Assembly (NCBI RefSeq): GCF_003428155.1
Contig: NZ_QLIR01000012.1
Location: forward strand, 30,001-62,000
Source: Fastidiosibacter lacustris
GTDB taxonomy: Bacteria > Pseudomonadota > Gammaproteobacteria > Francisellales > Francisellaceae
DNA: 32,000 bases
Reading direction: 5' to 3'
The notes under the pieces are model-generated. The model did not search any database and was not told the origin of the DNA. It saw only the letters and a program-made list of their open reading frames with translations. Each line of letters opens with the position of its first letter. The stretch's first letter is position 1. Both the position numbers and the translations under genes were made by a program. Shown here one piece after another: positions 1 through 9,660 of the stretch.

Positions 1-40
1 AAACCGTTCTGTTGTCGGTGTTTTAAAACGCCTGATAGGT

Positions 41-640
41 ATGTCTGCACTATTGGGATTAGTCTCAATTAGTTGGGCAAATTTATCCACTGATAGTGTC
101 TTTTTAAAAACCCAGTCAGCACGCCATACTCAATCTGTGAATAGCCAGAATATGCAGCAAACATCTTCTGACGTGATGATTGCTAAGCAGCAACCACGAC
201 AGATAGATAAAGCATTACAAGTAGATGGAGTAAACGAGGTAAAAGAGGTAAAAGAAAGTAAAGAGGCTAAAGCAAAGACATTGATTGGGCAATTGGCACA
301 GTCAGGCTATGCCTTGATATTTTTCTTTCACTCTAGCTGTGGGCATTGTCATCAGTTTGCACCGATCGTAAAGTCGGTATCTACTAAGTATGGGTTTTAT
401 GTGTTTGACTTTAGTTTTGACAACCAAGGATTGCCAAGTTTCCCCACCCCTGCAACAGTGACCCAAGCAATTTACCGCGCCTATTACGGCAATGCTAAGC
501 CATTTTATCCTGTGCTGATTTTACAAAACGTCAACACGATGGAATTTTATGTGGTGGCACAAGGGAACATTCCAGAGAGGTTATTAGAGCAACATCTGAA
601 TCAATATGCTAAGGAGTTGTTACGTGATCATTCTCTCTAA
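41..640 (+). CDS. trbB: TrbB/TraF-like conjugal transfer thioredoxin-fold protein (periplasmic)
   Basis: ORF with hydrophobic N-terminus and CGHC thioredoxin motif (FFFHSSCGHCHQFAPIVKSV), immediately upstream of traH, as in F-type tra operons. Confidence 0.75.
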   Translation: MSALLGLVSISWANLSTDSVFLKTQSARHTQSVNSQNMQQTSSDVMIAKQQPRQIDKALQVDGVNEVKEVKESKEAKAKTLIGQLAQSGYALIFFFHSSCGHCHQFAPIVKSVSTKYGFYVFDFSFDNQGLPSFPTPATVTQAIYRAYYGNAKPFYPVLILQNVNTMEFYVVAQGNIPERLLEQHLNQYAKELLRDHSL

Positions 641-2120
641 ATTATTTTATCGTTTTTATACATTTTATAAACAAATAAAGCGTAAACGCTCAAATCATTT
701 TGTTATTGTTTTGATTGCTTTGATGCGTTGGAGTATATTATCTTTCACGATGAGCCATTTGGCTTATGCTAGCTTTGCTGAAAGTTTAAATACCTACGCC
801 AATGAAATTGGTTATGCCAATGTCACAGGTGCCACTGCGGCAATGACGCAATCAGGTGGGCATTTTTCAGCAGGCAGTGGTTACATTGCCACACCTGTTA
901 AACAAATTCAGCTTGCTCATGTGCAAATGCCTAATATCAGTGCCAGTTGTTCAGGGATTGATTGGACAGTCGGTGGCATGAGTTTTATCAACTCTGAAAA
1001 ATTAACACAGTTTGGGCAAGCCATTGTACAAAGTGCAGTACCTTTTTCGATTGATTTAGCCTTGCAAACATGGGCACCACAAATCGCAGCGCTTAAAGGT
1101 AAGTTTGAAGCGATTGCCAATGCAATTAATAATTTAAACATTAGTTCCTGTCAGGCAGCCCAACTGGCTGTTGGTGCAGTGTCAGGGTCATTTATGGAGG
1201 GTAAGGGTAAGGAATATCTGTGCCAATCCTATAAGGCGCAAAATAGTCGTGCATCGGGTTGGCTTGCCAGTCAGCAAGGCTGTAGTAACACGGCCGATGC
1301 CGCAGCAGCGAATCAGGCAGCTAAAAATGATCCTAACCTTGATCATTTGATTAAGCAAGACCGTAATATTGTGTGGTATCAACTGATGAAAAATGACTTT
1401 TTACAAAAAAATCCTGAGGTGGCTGAATACTTAATGTCGATGACAGGCACCATTATTTATCCACCTATAGATAGCAGTGGACAGATGAAACCTGATCGTC
1501 GATCGCCTTTGATGATTGACAGTAAAACCGCAGGCTTTAACGAGTTGTTATTTGGCACCAGCACCAATAGCAAAATAGACGTGTATCGATGTGATGATCG
1601 TAACCAAGAAAAATGCCGAAATCCAAGCACTGTAAAACTCAATATTCCTAAAAATAAGGCATTAGTACCTAAAATCACCACGATATTAGAAAGCATGGGG
1701 CAGAAGTTTATCAATGATACCAAGTTATCCTCCGAGGAAGAAAACTTAATCAATGCGGTTAACTTTCCGTTACTTGCCATTATTCACGCAGAAATTCGCG
1801 CAGGATGGGTGCCTGAGTATAACCTCTATGCCGATATTGTCAGTCGTATTGTGCTATCAAGTTATATTGGGCAAATTATCCATCAAGCGATGGCTGCGAT
1901 TATTCATAATCCATCAGCATCCTCGGATGAAGACTTTAAATGGATTCGTGAGAATCTACAGAATGCACAACGCTTAATCGTGGGGCAATATCAAACACAA
2001 GCATATCGTGCTTTGCAACAGAAATCAGAAATGGTGATGCGTGGCATACAGGTTCAACATTCTGTGGTCGGTGATCTCTCGGCACAGACAAAACAAAATT
2101 ACGCTTTTACTACTTTTTAG
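624..2120 (+). CDS. traH: TraH, F-type conjugative pilus assembly protein
   Basis: Long ORF with TraH-like sequence (MPNISASCSGIDWTVGGMSFINSEKLTQFGQAI..., paired Cys, ALQTWAPQI). The ORF track starts at 606; GTG at 624 has an AAGGAG Shine-Dalgarno 7-8 nt upstream and overlaps the end of the preceding gene. Confidence 0.88.
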   Translation: MIILSKLFYRFYTFYKQIKRKRSNHFVIVLIALMRWSILSFTMSHLAYASFAESLNTYANEIGYANVTGATAAMTQSGGHFSAGSGYIATPVKQIQLAHVQMPNISASCSGIDWTVGGMSFINSEKLTQFGQAIVQSAVPFSIDLALQTWAPQIAALKGKFEAIANAINNLNISSCQAAQLAVGAVSGSFMEGKGKEYLCQSYKAQNSRASGWLASQQGCSNTADAAAANQAAKNDPNLDHLIKQDRNIVWYQLMKNDFLQKNPEVAEYLMSMTGTIIYPPIDSSGQMKPDRRSPLMIDSKTAGFNELLFGTSTNSKIDVYRCDDRNQEKCRNPSTVKLNIPKNKALVPKITTILESMGQKFINDTKLSSEEENLINAVNFPLLAIIHAEIRAGWVPEYNLYADIVSRIVLSSYIGQIIHQAMAAIIHNPSASSDEDFKWIRENLQNAQRLIVGQYQTQAYRALQQKSEMVMRGIQVQHSVVGDLSAQTKQNYAFTTF

Positions 2121-2147
2121 CACTTTTACTCTGTTTGGAGGGATACA

Positions 2148-5048
2148 ATGTTAGATATTTGGGTTACATCACAATCGGGTGTGATGAAAACGGTACTTGA
2201 TGGTATTGCTGCCTTTTTTAATCAAAATGGTGGTGAGCTATTATTATACTTGGTGACAGCCGTTGGCTTTTTGGTGGTATTGTTAAAATACCTTGAAAAG
2301 CCCGATGTCAAACAAGCCTTAACGTGGTTTATTATTGTGGCTGTTATTCCTGTCACTTTAATTAATCCTCGTGAAAAAGTCACCATTCATGATACAACAA
2401 GCACGTTAGAACAGCATGCAGTTGACAATGTGCCTTTAGGCTTAGCCTATCCGTTATCGATTATCACCAGTGTGATGTATAGTGTGACCAAAACGCTTGA
2501 AGATGCAATGCATGTTCCTACGGATATTGCCTATGCCACCACAGGGATGATTTATGCGTCAAAGCTCTTTAAAGAGATGAAGAGTGTTCAGCCTGACCCT
2601 GATTTAATGAGCCAATGGTCACAGTTTATCTATATGTGTATTGACCCTAATGTTCGTGTGCGTCATCGCTATACGTATAAACAGTTATTTGATGCACCTG
2701 ATATGATGAGCTTTTTGAAAAGTAACACCAAGGATGGCTCGAATCATATTTACGTACCGAAAGTTAAAAAAGCAACGTCTACAACGAGTCCCAATGACAT
2801 TTTTGCGCCAAAGGATGAAACATCATCTACTAATCCCAAAGATGACTGGGTTGGATGTAAAACAGCGCTGACACGTTTAGAGGAAGCTTATAAGCATTCT
2901 ATGGCATGGAACTTTAAAACGATGGGCGCACTTGACCCATTAGATAAGGTTAAAGATGCCACGGCCATTGAAAAAGATATCCAAGGGGTGTATGGGTATT
3001 TTTATAAACTATCAGGTACATCACAGGAAATGATGATGCAGAATCTCATGATTAATGCGACTAAAAACGGATTAAGCAATATTGCTGCACAAAAAAATCA
3101 GATGGCTGCGGGATTAAACTATGCGCAAACGCAAAATGAAATGAACTCAACCAGTACATGGGCAACGATAGGCATGATGGCGCAGGAATATACCCCTATG
3201 GTGCAAACCATTCTGTTAATGCTAATGTGCTGTGCGTTTATTCCGATGATTTACATCGCAATGTTTCCGACCTTTACCTATAGCGTCTTGAGTAAATATA
3301 TAGGAAGTTTGCTATGGATAACCAGTTGGGGTGTGTTCTATGTGTTTATCAACTTTATCATGACAGCATTTATGAAGTATCGGCTAAATGCCTTTACCGA
3401 TATTTATGGCGGTATTACGATGTCGAACATTGATGCCGTGGCAAGTTTAACCAGTCGTTATGTGACGTTAACAGGGTCATTCCTTATTTTTACGCCTTAC
3501 TTAGCACGATTGGTCGTATTGGGGGCTGCCAACACGATAAGTGGCTTGGTAACGTCAATCTCATCAGGCATTACCTCGAATGCACAAGCATCAGCCAGAG
3601 GGGTTGCCACAGGTGACTATAATTTGTTTAGCACGAATGTTGCCAATCACAGTGCTAATAATGCCAGTTTCAACAAACATAACTTTGATCGTGAGGATCG
3701 CTTTGGCAATGAATCACGATCCAACTTGCAAGGCGGGATTGAAAGTGTTGATGCGATGGGCAATCGATATCGCGATAACCGTGTATCTAATTTAGCCACG
3801 CAGATTTCCAAAAACGAAGCAATCACAGCAGGACTAAATGAGGGCTTTAACAGCCACCTATCCAATGCCTATTCAGAAAGTCAGCAGGCACAACAGTCTT
3901 GGAATACTACTTTAAGCAGACTGGCAAGTGTTAATGATAATGAGGTAATGCGACAGTCAAGGCAAGCCAGTCAAGGAAATACTGAGAATATGTCGACTGA
4001 TCAGGCGTATGCGAATATGGTTGATTATGCGCATAGGTTTGGAAAGGATGAGATTAAATCATTTATAAATGGAATAGCTTTGCAAGAGGGTGGGAGCGTT
4101 TCATTTGGTGGCAAAATACCATTTACTAAAATTGGTGCAGAGGGGCATGCAAGCTTAAACTTTAATCAGTCATGGAGCAATGCAACCAATAACACATCGT
4201 CGATGAGTGCAGCCGACCAAGAAACTTTTAGAAAGTCTTACAACAAATTAATTCAAGCTTCACAATCTGAAATTGCCAGCGTAGAATCGCATTTCGGTGT
4301 TGATAAAAGCAATTCGATACAATCAAGTCTTACTGAAACCGAAACGCATAGTCAAAATGCAGCCAATGAGTATCGTTTGGCAATGGATTATCAAAAAGCA
4401 GCTAACTATGCTGAAACGAATGGCTCATCGGTGAATTACAATGATATACCTCAGTTTGAGTCATGGTTAAATAAAAAGGTAGGTTCTGATCAAGCAAGCT
4501 ATTATCTCAATAGCCCACAACAGCAAGGCAGTGCTGAGTTTAAAAATCTCGTGCATAACTATCAGCAAGATTCAGCAGATCAGTTTAAACAAGAGTTTCT
4601 TGCTAACAAAGCGCAAATTGAGTCATCGACAGGTGCACAAATTCAACATAATTCTGATGTAAAAGTTGCTGGTTTAAGTGATATTAATAGCGCCTACCAA
4701 ACCAATAACAATAAGGTGGCTAATCAGTACGGTCAAAGCAAATCTGGTTTTGAAAATTGCGTTAATGATATGGATCAGAATGTTGCCAACAAAGCGGTTA
4801 GAGAAACTTTGGGGCAATATGGGTTGAAAGGCAATACCTTTAGCGCTGACAATCCATCAAGCTTTAATCGGCAAATGGTTATTCCACCGAAGATGAATAT
4901 ATCCGTGGATGCGCAAGGTCAGGATTTACGTTCAAGGGCGGATGCTTTGAAGTCGGAGGTGATGAATAACAAAATGACTAACTTAGAACGCGCAAAACGT
5001 GATCCGAATATAAAAAATAATCCAATGATGCCCATTTGGCTGCAATAG
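2148..5048 (+). CDS. traG: TraG, mating-pair stabilisation protein (TraG_N domain plus long hydrophilic C-terminus)
   Basis: 966-aa ORF directly after traH; multiple TM segments in the N-terminal half, Gln/Asn/Ser-rich C-terminus. Confidence 0.85.
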   Translation: MLDIWVTSQSGVMKTVLDGIAAFFNQNGGELLLYLVTAVGFLVVLLKYLEKPDVKQALTWFIIVAVIPVTLINPREKVTIHDTTSTLEQHAVDNVPLGLAYPLSIITSVMYSVTKTLEDAMHVPTDIAYATTGMIYASKLFKEMKSVQPDPDLMSQWSQFIYMCIDPNVRVRHRYTYKQLFDAPDMMSFLKSNTKDGSNHIYVPKVKKATSTTSPNDIFAPKDETSSTNPKDDWVGCKTALTRLEEAYKHSMAWNFKTMGALDPLDKVKDATAIEKDIQGVYGYFYKLSGTSQEMMMQNLMINATKNGLSNIAAQKNQMAAGLNYAQTQNEMNSTSTWATIGMMAQEYTPMVQTILLMLMCCAFIPMIYIAMFPTFTYSVLSKYIGSLLWITSWGVFYVFINFIMTAFMKYRLNAFTDIYGGITMSNIDAVASLTSRYVTLTGSFLIFTPYLARLVVLGAANTISGLVTSISSGITSNAQASARGVATGDYNLFSTNVANHSANNASFNKHNFDREDRFGNESRSNLQGGIESVDAMGNRYRDNRVSNLATQISKNEAITAGLNEGFNSHLSNAYSESQQAQQSWNTTLSRLASVNDNEVMRQSRQASQGNTENMSTDQAYANMVDYAHRFGKDEIKSFINGIALQEGGSVSFGGKIPFTKIGAEGHASLNFNQSWSNATNNTSSMSAADQETFRKSYNKLIQASQSEIASVESHFGVDKSNSIQSSLTETETHSQNAANEYRLAMDYQKAANYAETNGSSVNYNDIPQFESWLNKKVGSDQASYYLNSPQQQGSAEFKNLVHNYQQDSADQFKQEFLANKAQIESSTGAQIQHNSDVKVAGLSDINSAYQTNNNKVANQYGQSKSGFENCVNDMDQNVANKAVRETLGQYGLKGNTFSADNPSSFNRQMVIPPKMNISVDAQGQDLRSRADALKSEVMNNKMTNLERAKRDPNIKNNPMMPIWLQ

Positions 5049-5050
5049 TG

Positions 5051-5503
5051 TCAGGATTGAAGCTTAAAATGCTTAGACATAAATTGTTTTATGGCAGGCA
5101 TACCTGCTTTATAAGCACAATAGTATGATGCAATAATACAGGAAATAAGAAATATAAAGAATATTGGAGCAAATGCGTAAGCGGTTTGTACAGCAGTTCT
5201 TACATCTGTCAAAAAGATGTTAGCTAGAATAATTGCTAAAACAACAGTGAGCATGGCAAGTAATATAAAAGCAATATATCCAAATGCCCATTTTTTCTGT
5301 TCTTCCGTAAAAGTCAGCTTATCTTCTTCAGCTTTAACCACTTTGACTGCAACTGGTTCTTGGGAGGATTGTCTTTCTTCTTTCATAAAATCCATCATTT
5401 CTTTTGCCAATTCAGGATTTGTTTCAGCTATTTTTAATAATCTTTCTTTTTGATTGTCATTCATTGTCAAACTCCCTTTAAATATCAGTTTTGCTTGCAG
5501 CAA
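5051..5503 (-). CDS. small membrane protein with two predicted TM helices; occupies the traS (entry exclusion) position but is inverted
   Basis: 150-aa ORF (start may be the internal MTMNDNQK); hydrophobic segments AFGYIAFILLAMLTVVLAIILANIF and AYAFAPIFFIFLISCIIASYYCAY. Confidence 0.7.
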   Translation of the reverse strand: MLQAKLIFKGSLTMNDNQKERLLKIAETNPELAKEMMDFMKEERQSSQEPVAVKVVKAEEDKLTFTEEQKKWAFGYIAFILLAMLTVVLAIILANIFLTDVRTAVQTAYAFAPIFFIFLISCIIASYYCAYKAGMPAIKQFMSKHFKLQS

Positions 5504-5604
5504 CTTAGCATATTTATAGGATTATTTCAACAACAATCAATGACAAGTCAAATAGTCAAATAGCTAATCATTTGTTTCAACCAACCACAAAAGGACGATA
5601 AAAA

Positions 5605-6363
5605 GTGAAAAAATCACACATCATTAAAACAACCACAAGCTTAACTCTGGCAGTGACTCTTCTAACGCTCAGTGGCTGTGCTGCAATTTCAACAGCGATT
5701 AAAAACAGACATTTAAAAGTCGAATCAAAAATGTCTGATAGCATATTTTTGGAGCCAGTAGCGGATAATGAAAAAACCATTTATGTGCAAGTCAAAAGCA
5801 CATTAAGTGAAAACTTTGATGGCTTAAAAGAAAAACTAATCCAAGATTTTCAACAAAATGGCTGGACAGTAGTTAATGATCTTGCCAAAGCACATGATAT
5901 GGTACAGATTAATGTGTTACAAATGTGGCAAGCGAAAAATCAAGCCTCCGCTTGGGGTGCGCTTAACAGTGGCTTTGGTGGAGATATTTTAACAGGTGGT
6001 TTAATGGGATTAGCCACGGGCTATGCGACAGGTTCAGTGGGCGCAGGTATTGGTGTCGGTGCAATAGCATCTGGCGTGTCATTTTTGACAAATTCACTTA
6101 TTGAAAATGTATATTTCTCAATGATCAGTGATATTCAGGTATCGGTTAGAGCTAAAGACGGACAGGTCACACAAACAACGCAATCAAGTCTATCACAAGG
6201 CACGCAAAGTAAGGTATCACAAACCTATCAGCAATCATCTGATTGGATCAGGTATCGCACACGGATTGTGTCAGTAGCAAATCAAGTCAATTTAAAGTTT
6301 GAAGAAGCTAAGCCTGAGCTACAGGCACAAGTAGCAAAACAAGTCAGTGGTATATGGGGGTAA
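5605..6363 (+). CDS. traT: TraT, surface exclusion / complement resistance lipoprotein
   Basis: Lipobox LTLSGCAA, then TraT-like sequence (AISTAIKNRHLKVESKMSDSIFLEPV, glycine-rich hydrophobic central segment); position between traG and traD. Confidence 0.92.
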   Translation: MKKSHIIKTTTSLTLAVTLLTLSGCAAISTAIKNRHLKVESKMSDSIFLEPVADNEKTIYVQVKSTLSENFDGLKEKLIQDFQQNGWTVVNDLAKAHDMVQINVLQMWQAKNQASAWGALNSGFGGDILTGGLMGLATGYATGSVGAGIGVGAIASGVSFLTNSLIENVYFSMISDIQVSVRAKDGQVTQTTQSSLSQGTQSKVSQTYQQSSDWIRYRTRIVSVANQVNLKFEEAKPELQAQVAKQVSGIWG

Positions 6364-6369
6364 GAAACA

Positions 6370-8376
6370 ATGATCCCTAAAAAAATAAAGTCGTTTATCC
6401 GCGGCACGCAGATATTTTTTTATAATTTAGCGATGTTTTTTCAGAGCATGAAGCGTATTGGGCTATGGGCAATTGTCGTCTATATCTGCCTATTTATTGT
6501 TTTAATGTTTATATTGACGACCAAGGCAGATGTTAAAACCTTAGCGATGCAAATATGGTCAAATATGCTTAATGCTATTGGGTTTGGTGAAGTTGTTGTT
6601 GCTAATGATGCCGTTAATGGCAGCTCGTATACTGCGGCAAGAATTGCTCATGATCCCATTGATCAGGTCTATTTTACACGCGCCTTACAACGATTTATCA
6701 CACATGCCATTATTTCGGCGTTGATTGGTGGTTTTTTATATTTGCTTGCAATGGCATTTTTTATCCGTGCGTTTGTTAAAAAGGGCGATAAAAACAGTCT
6801 TGATCAGTTTGTATCAGGTACATTTTTAGCTAAGCAGGAGAAGCAAACGATTAAGTCAGTCAACCAGTCTAAAGAGGGGGCAGGTGATATTATGATTGCA
6901 AATAAACTGCCATTGCCTAGACTCTCAGAGCGACAGGGCATTTTGATTCATGGTTCAATTGGTACAGGTAAAACGCAAGTGATTATGTATTTATTGGATG
7001 AGATTAGACGTGCTGGTGATGTGGCTATTGTTTACGATAAAGAATGTACTCTCAAGCCCTATTTTTTTAATGAAGCGACCGATAAAGAGTTAAACCCCTT
7101 ATCGGTATTGTGTGAAAATTGGGATATTTGGAAAGAGTGTAAAACACCGATTGAAATGGGGGCTTTAGCCACCTATTTAATGCCAAAAGCAGTCCAAGGT
7201 AGCGACCCCTTTTGGGTCGATGCAGCACGTACTATTTTTGCCAGCGTGGCATGGAAGATGCGTCATCAGCCCGATAGAAATGTCATCAAGTTGCTTCAAG
7301 TTTTATTAACCACCTCATTAGATGAGTTGCGTGGCATATTAAAGGGTACAGAAGCAGAAAACTTAGTGTCCAAAGATATTGAAAAAACAGCTATTTCGAT
7401 CCGTGCGGTGATGGCTACCTATACCAAATCATTACGATTTTTAGAGGGCTTAAATAAAGATGAATTAAAAAAATCAAACAAAGTAAGAAAAGCAAAAAAA
7501 TCAAAAGAACCGTTTGCGATTTGTGACTGGATACAAGAGCAGGCTACCAATCAGACTCAGCAAAAAGGCTGGCTGTTTGTAACCTCACGTGCTAATTTTC
7601 ATGCAGAGATTAAACCACTCATTTCTGCATGGTTAGGCATGGCACTCAAATCGATTCAATCGTTACAACCAAATTCAAGCAGACGCGTCTGGGTGATTAT
7701 GGATGAAAAAGCGAGTTTAAATCGACTGGAGGGCTTTTCTGATATTGCTGCGGATATTCGAAAGTTTGGCGGCTGTGTGGTATTAGGATTGCAAAGTCAT
7801 TCGCAAGTCAATTTTATCTATGGGCGTGATGAGGCAACTGCAATTACTGATAATATGAACACCAGTGTTTATTTTAGATCACCGAAAAAGCAAGTGGCTG
7901 AATGGGTATCGCAAGACTTGGGTGAGCATGTTTTAGAAGAAATCAGGGAAAGTCAGTCCTATGGTCCCAATACGATACGTGATGGGAATACCATAGCCAG
8001 ACAACGTGTCACCAGAAGAACGGTCGATACTGGCACTATTATGAACCTTGAAAATTTAAACTGTTATGTGCGATTAGCTGGGAATCATCCGATTACCAGA
8101 TTGACTATTGATTATAAGGAGCGTAAACCATTATTGGAACAACCGCTGATAGAACGCGCCATTGATTATGATGCGATTGAAAAGGTCGCAATGGAAGCCT
8201 TGAAAGCGGAAAGCAATCCTGAGCGTGATGAGGCAGTTAAGGTCGAGCAGAAAGTTAATCAAGTCAATGATAAGGTTGGGCGTAATGCCAACGTTGTAGA
8301 TGGAATGGAAACAGAAGATCATCAAGCACATCAAGTTAAAAAACAGGAAAGCACATACATATTTCATCAGTTATGA
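6370..8376 (+). CDS. traD: TraD, type IV coupling protein
   Basis: N-terminal TM region, Walker A GSIGTGKTQ, Walker B-like VWVIMDEKASLNR; follows traT by 6 nt. Confidence 0.92.
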   Translation: MIPKKIKSFIRGTQIFFYNLAMFFQSMKRIGLWAIVVYICLFIVLMFILTTKADVKTLAMQIWSNMLNAIGFGEVVVANDAVNGSSYTAARIAHDPIDQVYFTRALQRFITHAIISALIGGFLYLLAMAFFIRAFVKKGDKNSLDQFVSGTFLAKQEKQTIKSVNQSKEGAGDIMIANKLPLPRLSERQGILIHGSIGTGKTQVIMYLLDEIRRAGDVAIVYDKECTLKPYFFNEATDKELNPLSVLCENWDIWKECKTPIEMGALATYLMPKAVQGSDPFWVDAARTIFASVAWKMRHQPDRNVIKLLQVLLTTSLDELRGILKGTEAENLVSKDIEKTAISIRAVMATYTKSLRFLEGLNKDELKKSNKVRKAKKSKEPFAICDWIQEQATNQTQQKGWLFVTSRANFHAEIKPLISAWLGMALKSIQSLQPNSSRRVWVIMDEKASLNRLEGFSDIAADIRKFGGCVVLGLQSHSQVNFIYGRDEATAITDNMNTSVYFRSPKKQVAEWVSQDLGEHVLEEIRESQSYGPNTIRDGNTIARQRVTRRTVDTGTIMNLENLNCYVRLAGNHPITRLTIDYKERKPLLEQPLIERAIDYDAIEKVAMEALKAESNPERDEAVKVEQKVNQVNDKVGRNANVVDGMETEDHQAHQVKKQESTYIFHQL

Positions 8377-8508
8377 TATGGCGATTGTAGAGCAAATGAT
8401 TATTATTGTTCAACAGGCATTATCTTGTATTAGAAACAGCAATGTAAGGCTTGTATTTAAAGGCATTGCAGTATATTTTATCAATACAAACTCAAAAGGA
8501 GTGATCAA

Positions 8509-8709
8509 ATGGCTAAGAAAAAAGACATTAAAAGTTATAAAAAAGATGAATTTGTGAGTTTAGTTGCAGAAAAAATGAATACAACCAAAGACACGGCTAA
8601 TAGATCAGTTGATGCCTTTATTGAAGCGGTCACAGATATTGTCAAAAACGGTGATTCGGTTAATTTCATTGGCTTTGGCAAGTTTAGTGTGGGTGAACGT
8701 GCAGCGTGA
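8509..8709 (+). CDS. HU/IHF-family DNA-binding protein, short form lacking most of the beta-arm and C-terminus
   Basis: 66-aa ORF MAKKKDIKSYKKDEFVSLVAEKMNTTKDTANRSVDAFIEAVTDIVKNGDSVNFIGFGKFSVGERAA*; the match ends where the DNA-binding arm (RxGRNPxTG) should begin. SD AAAGGAG upstream. Confidence 0.75.
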   Translation: MAKKKDIKSYKKDEFVSLVAEKMNTTKDTANRSVDAFIEAVTDIVKNGDSVNFIGFGKFSVGERAA

Positions 8710-9656
8710 AGACAAAGAAACGAAGTAAAAGCCATACGAGCCATAAAAGCAGTGGAAGCAATCGCAACAAAAGGAATAAAAGGAATGATCTTTTCGAGTT
8801 TTCAAGCGCACTTGATTTGATGTTAGCGGGACATGATCAGGTGATTGGCTCAGATTTTATTATGCGTAAGCGTGACACGTTAAATGCTGACATTGGTCAT
8901 TTAAACCCAGATGACTTAAATACTTACGACCAAGCTTATATTGAACGCTTAATTCACTGTCAAGCTAAGGAATGTCTTACCATTCCAACGGATGTTGAGT
9001 TGCAGCGTTTGTCTAATGAATATACGAAACAGCGAGAGGTTTTATCTGCTTATCATGATGAAGTCGTTGATATTATGATCGATTATGACACCGAAGCTGC
9101 TAAAGAGTTGGGTAATTTTGACCCCTACATTGATAAAGTGGTCATTCGTAATCAAGCTGAAATGAATTTTTTCTATGACTATATTACCTTGTATCGAACA
9201 GTAAAAAATAAACGTGTGATTATTGACTGGAGAGAAGCTCACCCTGATGCAGTTAATCAGAACAATAGGCAGGTTGTTACAGCACTTGAACAGGCGCGGT
9301 TTGCCATATTGCGATTAGATGAGAATTTAGCACATGGCGGTATTAGAGTTACAGATATGATTACCCAGAAAGAAAGCTTATTAATTGATAAAGCACTCAA
9401 TCGTTCACGTAAAGAGGGTATGTTTTTTATTTGCTCATTATTAACAATGGGTAAATATGTGATGACAAGTGGTGGCGGTGTTCCTGTTGACCCCAAAGCC
9501 GCTGCGGGTAAATCTGCGCTAAGTCTGTCTCAACCTTATTTGGCACAATTACGTAATGCGCAATCAGTTATTGATGAAAATGTGCTGCAATGTGTCCGTA
9601 AGATATATGGACTTTGTTTGCGTGGTGGTGCCTTAAGTCATATTACGGTTCATTAA
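8706..9656 (+). CDS. conserved-looking hypothetical protein, very basic N-terminus (KTKKRSKSHTSHKSSGSNRNKRNKRN)
   Basis: 316-aa ORF starting with GTG in a GTGA overlap with the stop of the HU-like gene (8706-8709), suggesting translational coupling. Confidence 0.75.
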   Translation: MKTKKRSKSHTSHKSSGSNRNKRNKRNDLFEFSSALDLMLAGHDQVIGSDFIMRKRDTLNADIGHLNPDDLNTYDQAYIERLIHCQAKECLTIPTDVELQRLSNEYTKQREVLSAYHDEVVDIMIDYDTEAAKELGNFDPYIDKVVIRNQAEMNFFYDYITLYRTVKNKRVIIDWREAHPDAVNQNNRQVVTALEQARFAILRLDENLAHGGIRVTDMITQKESLLIDKALNRSRKEGMFFICSLLTMGKYVMTSGGGVPVDPKAAAGKSALSLSQPYLAQLRNAQSVIDENVLQCVRKIYGLCLRGGALSHITVH

Positions 9657-9660
9657 GTCG

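Noticed and set aside
917-1780. Antisense ORFs in traH
   Set aside because: Embedded in a confident coding region on the other strand.
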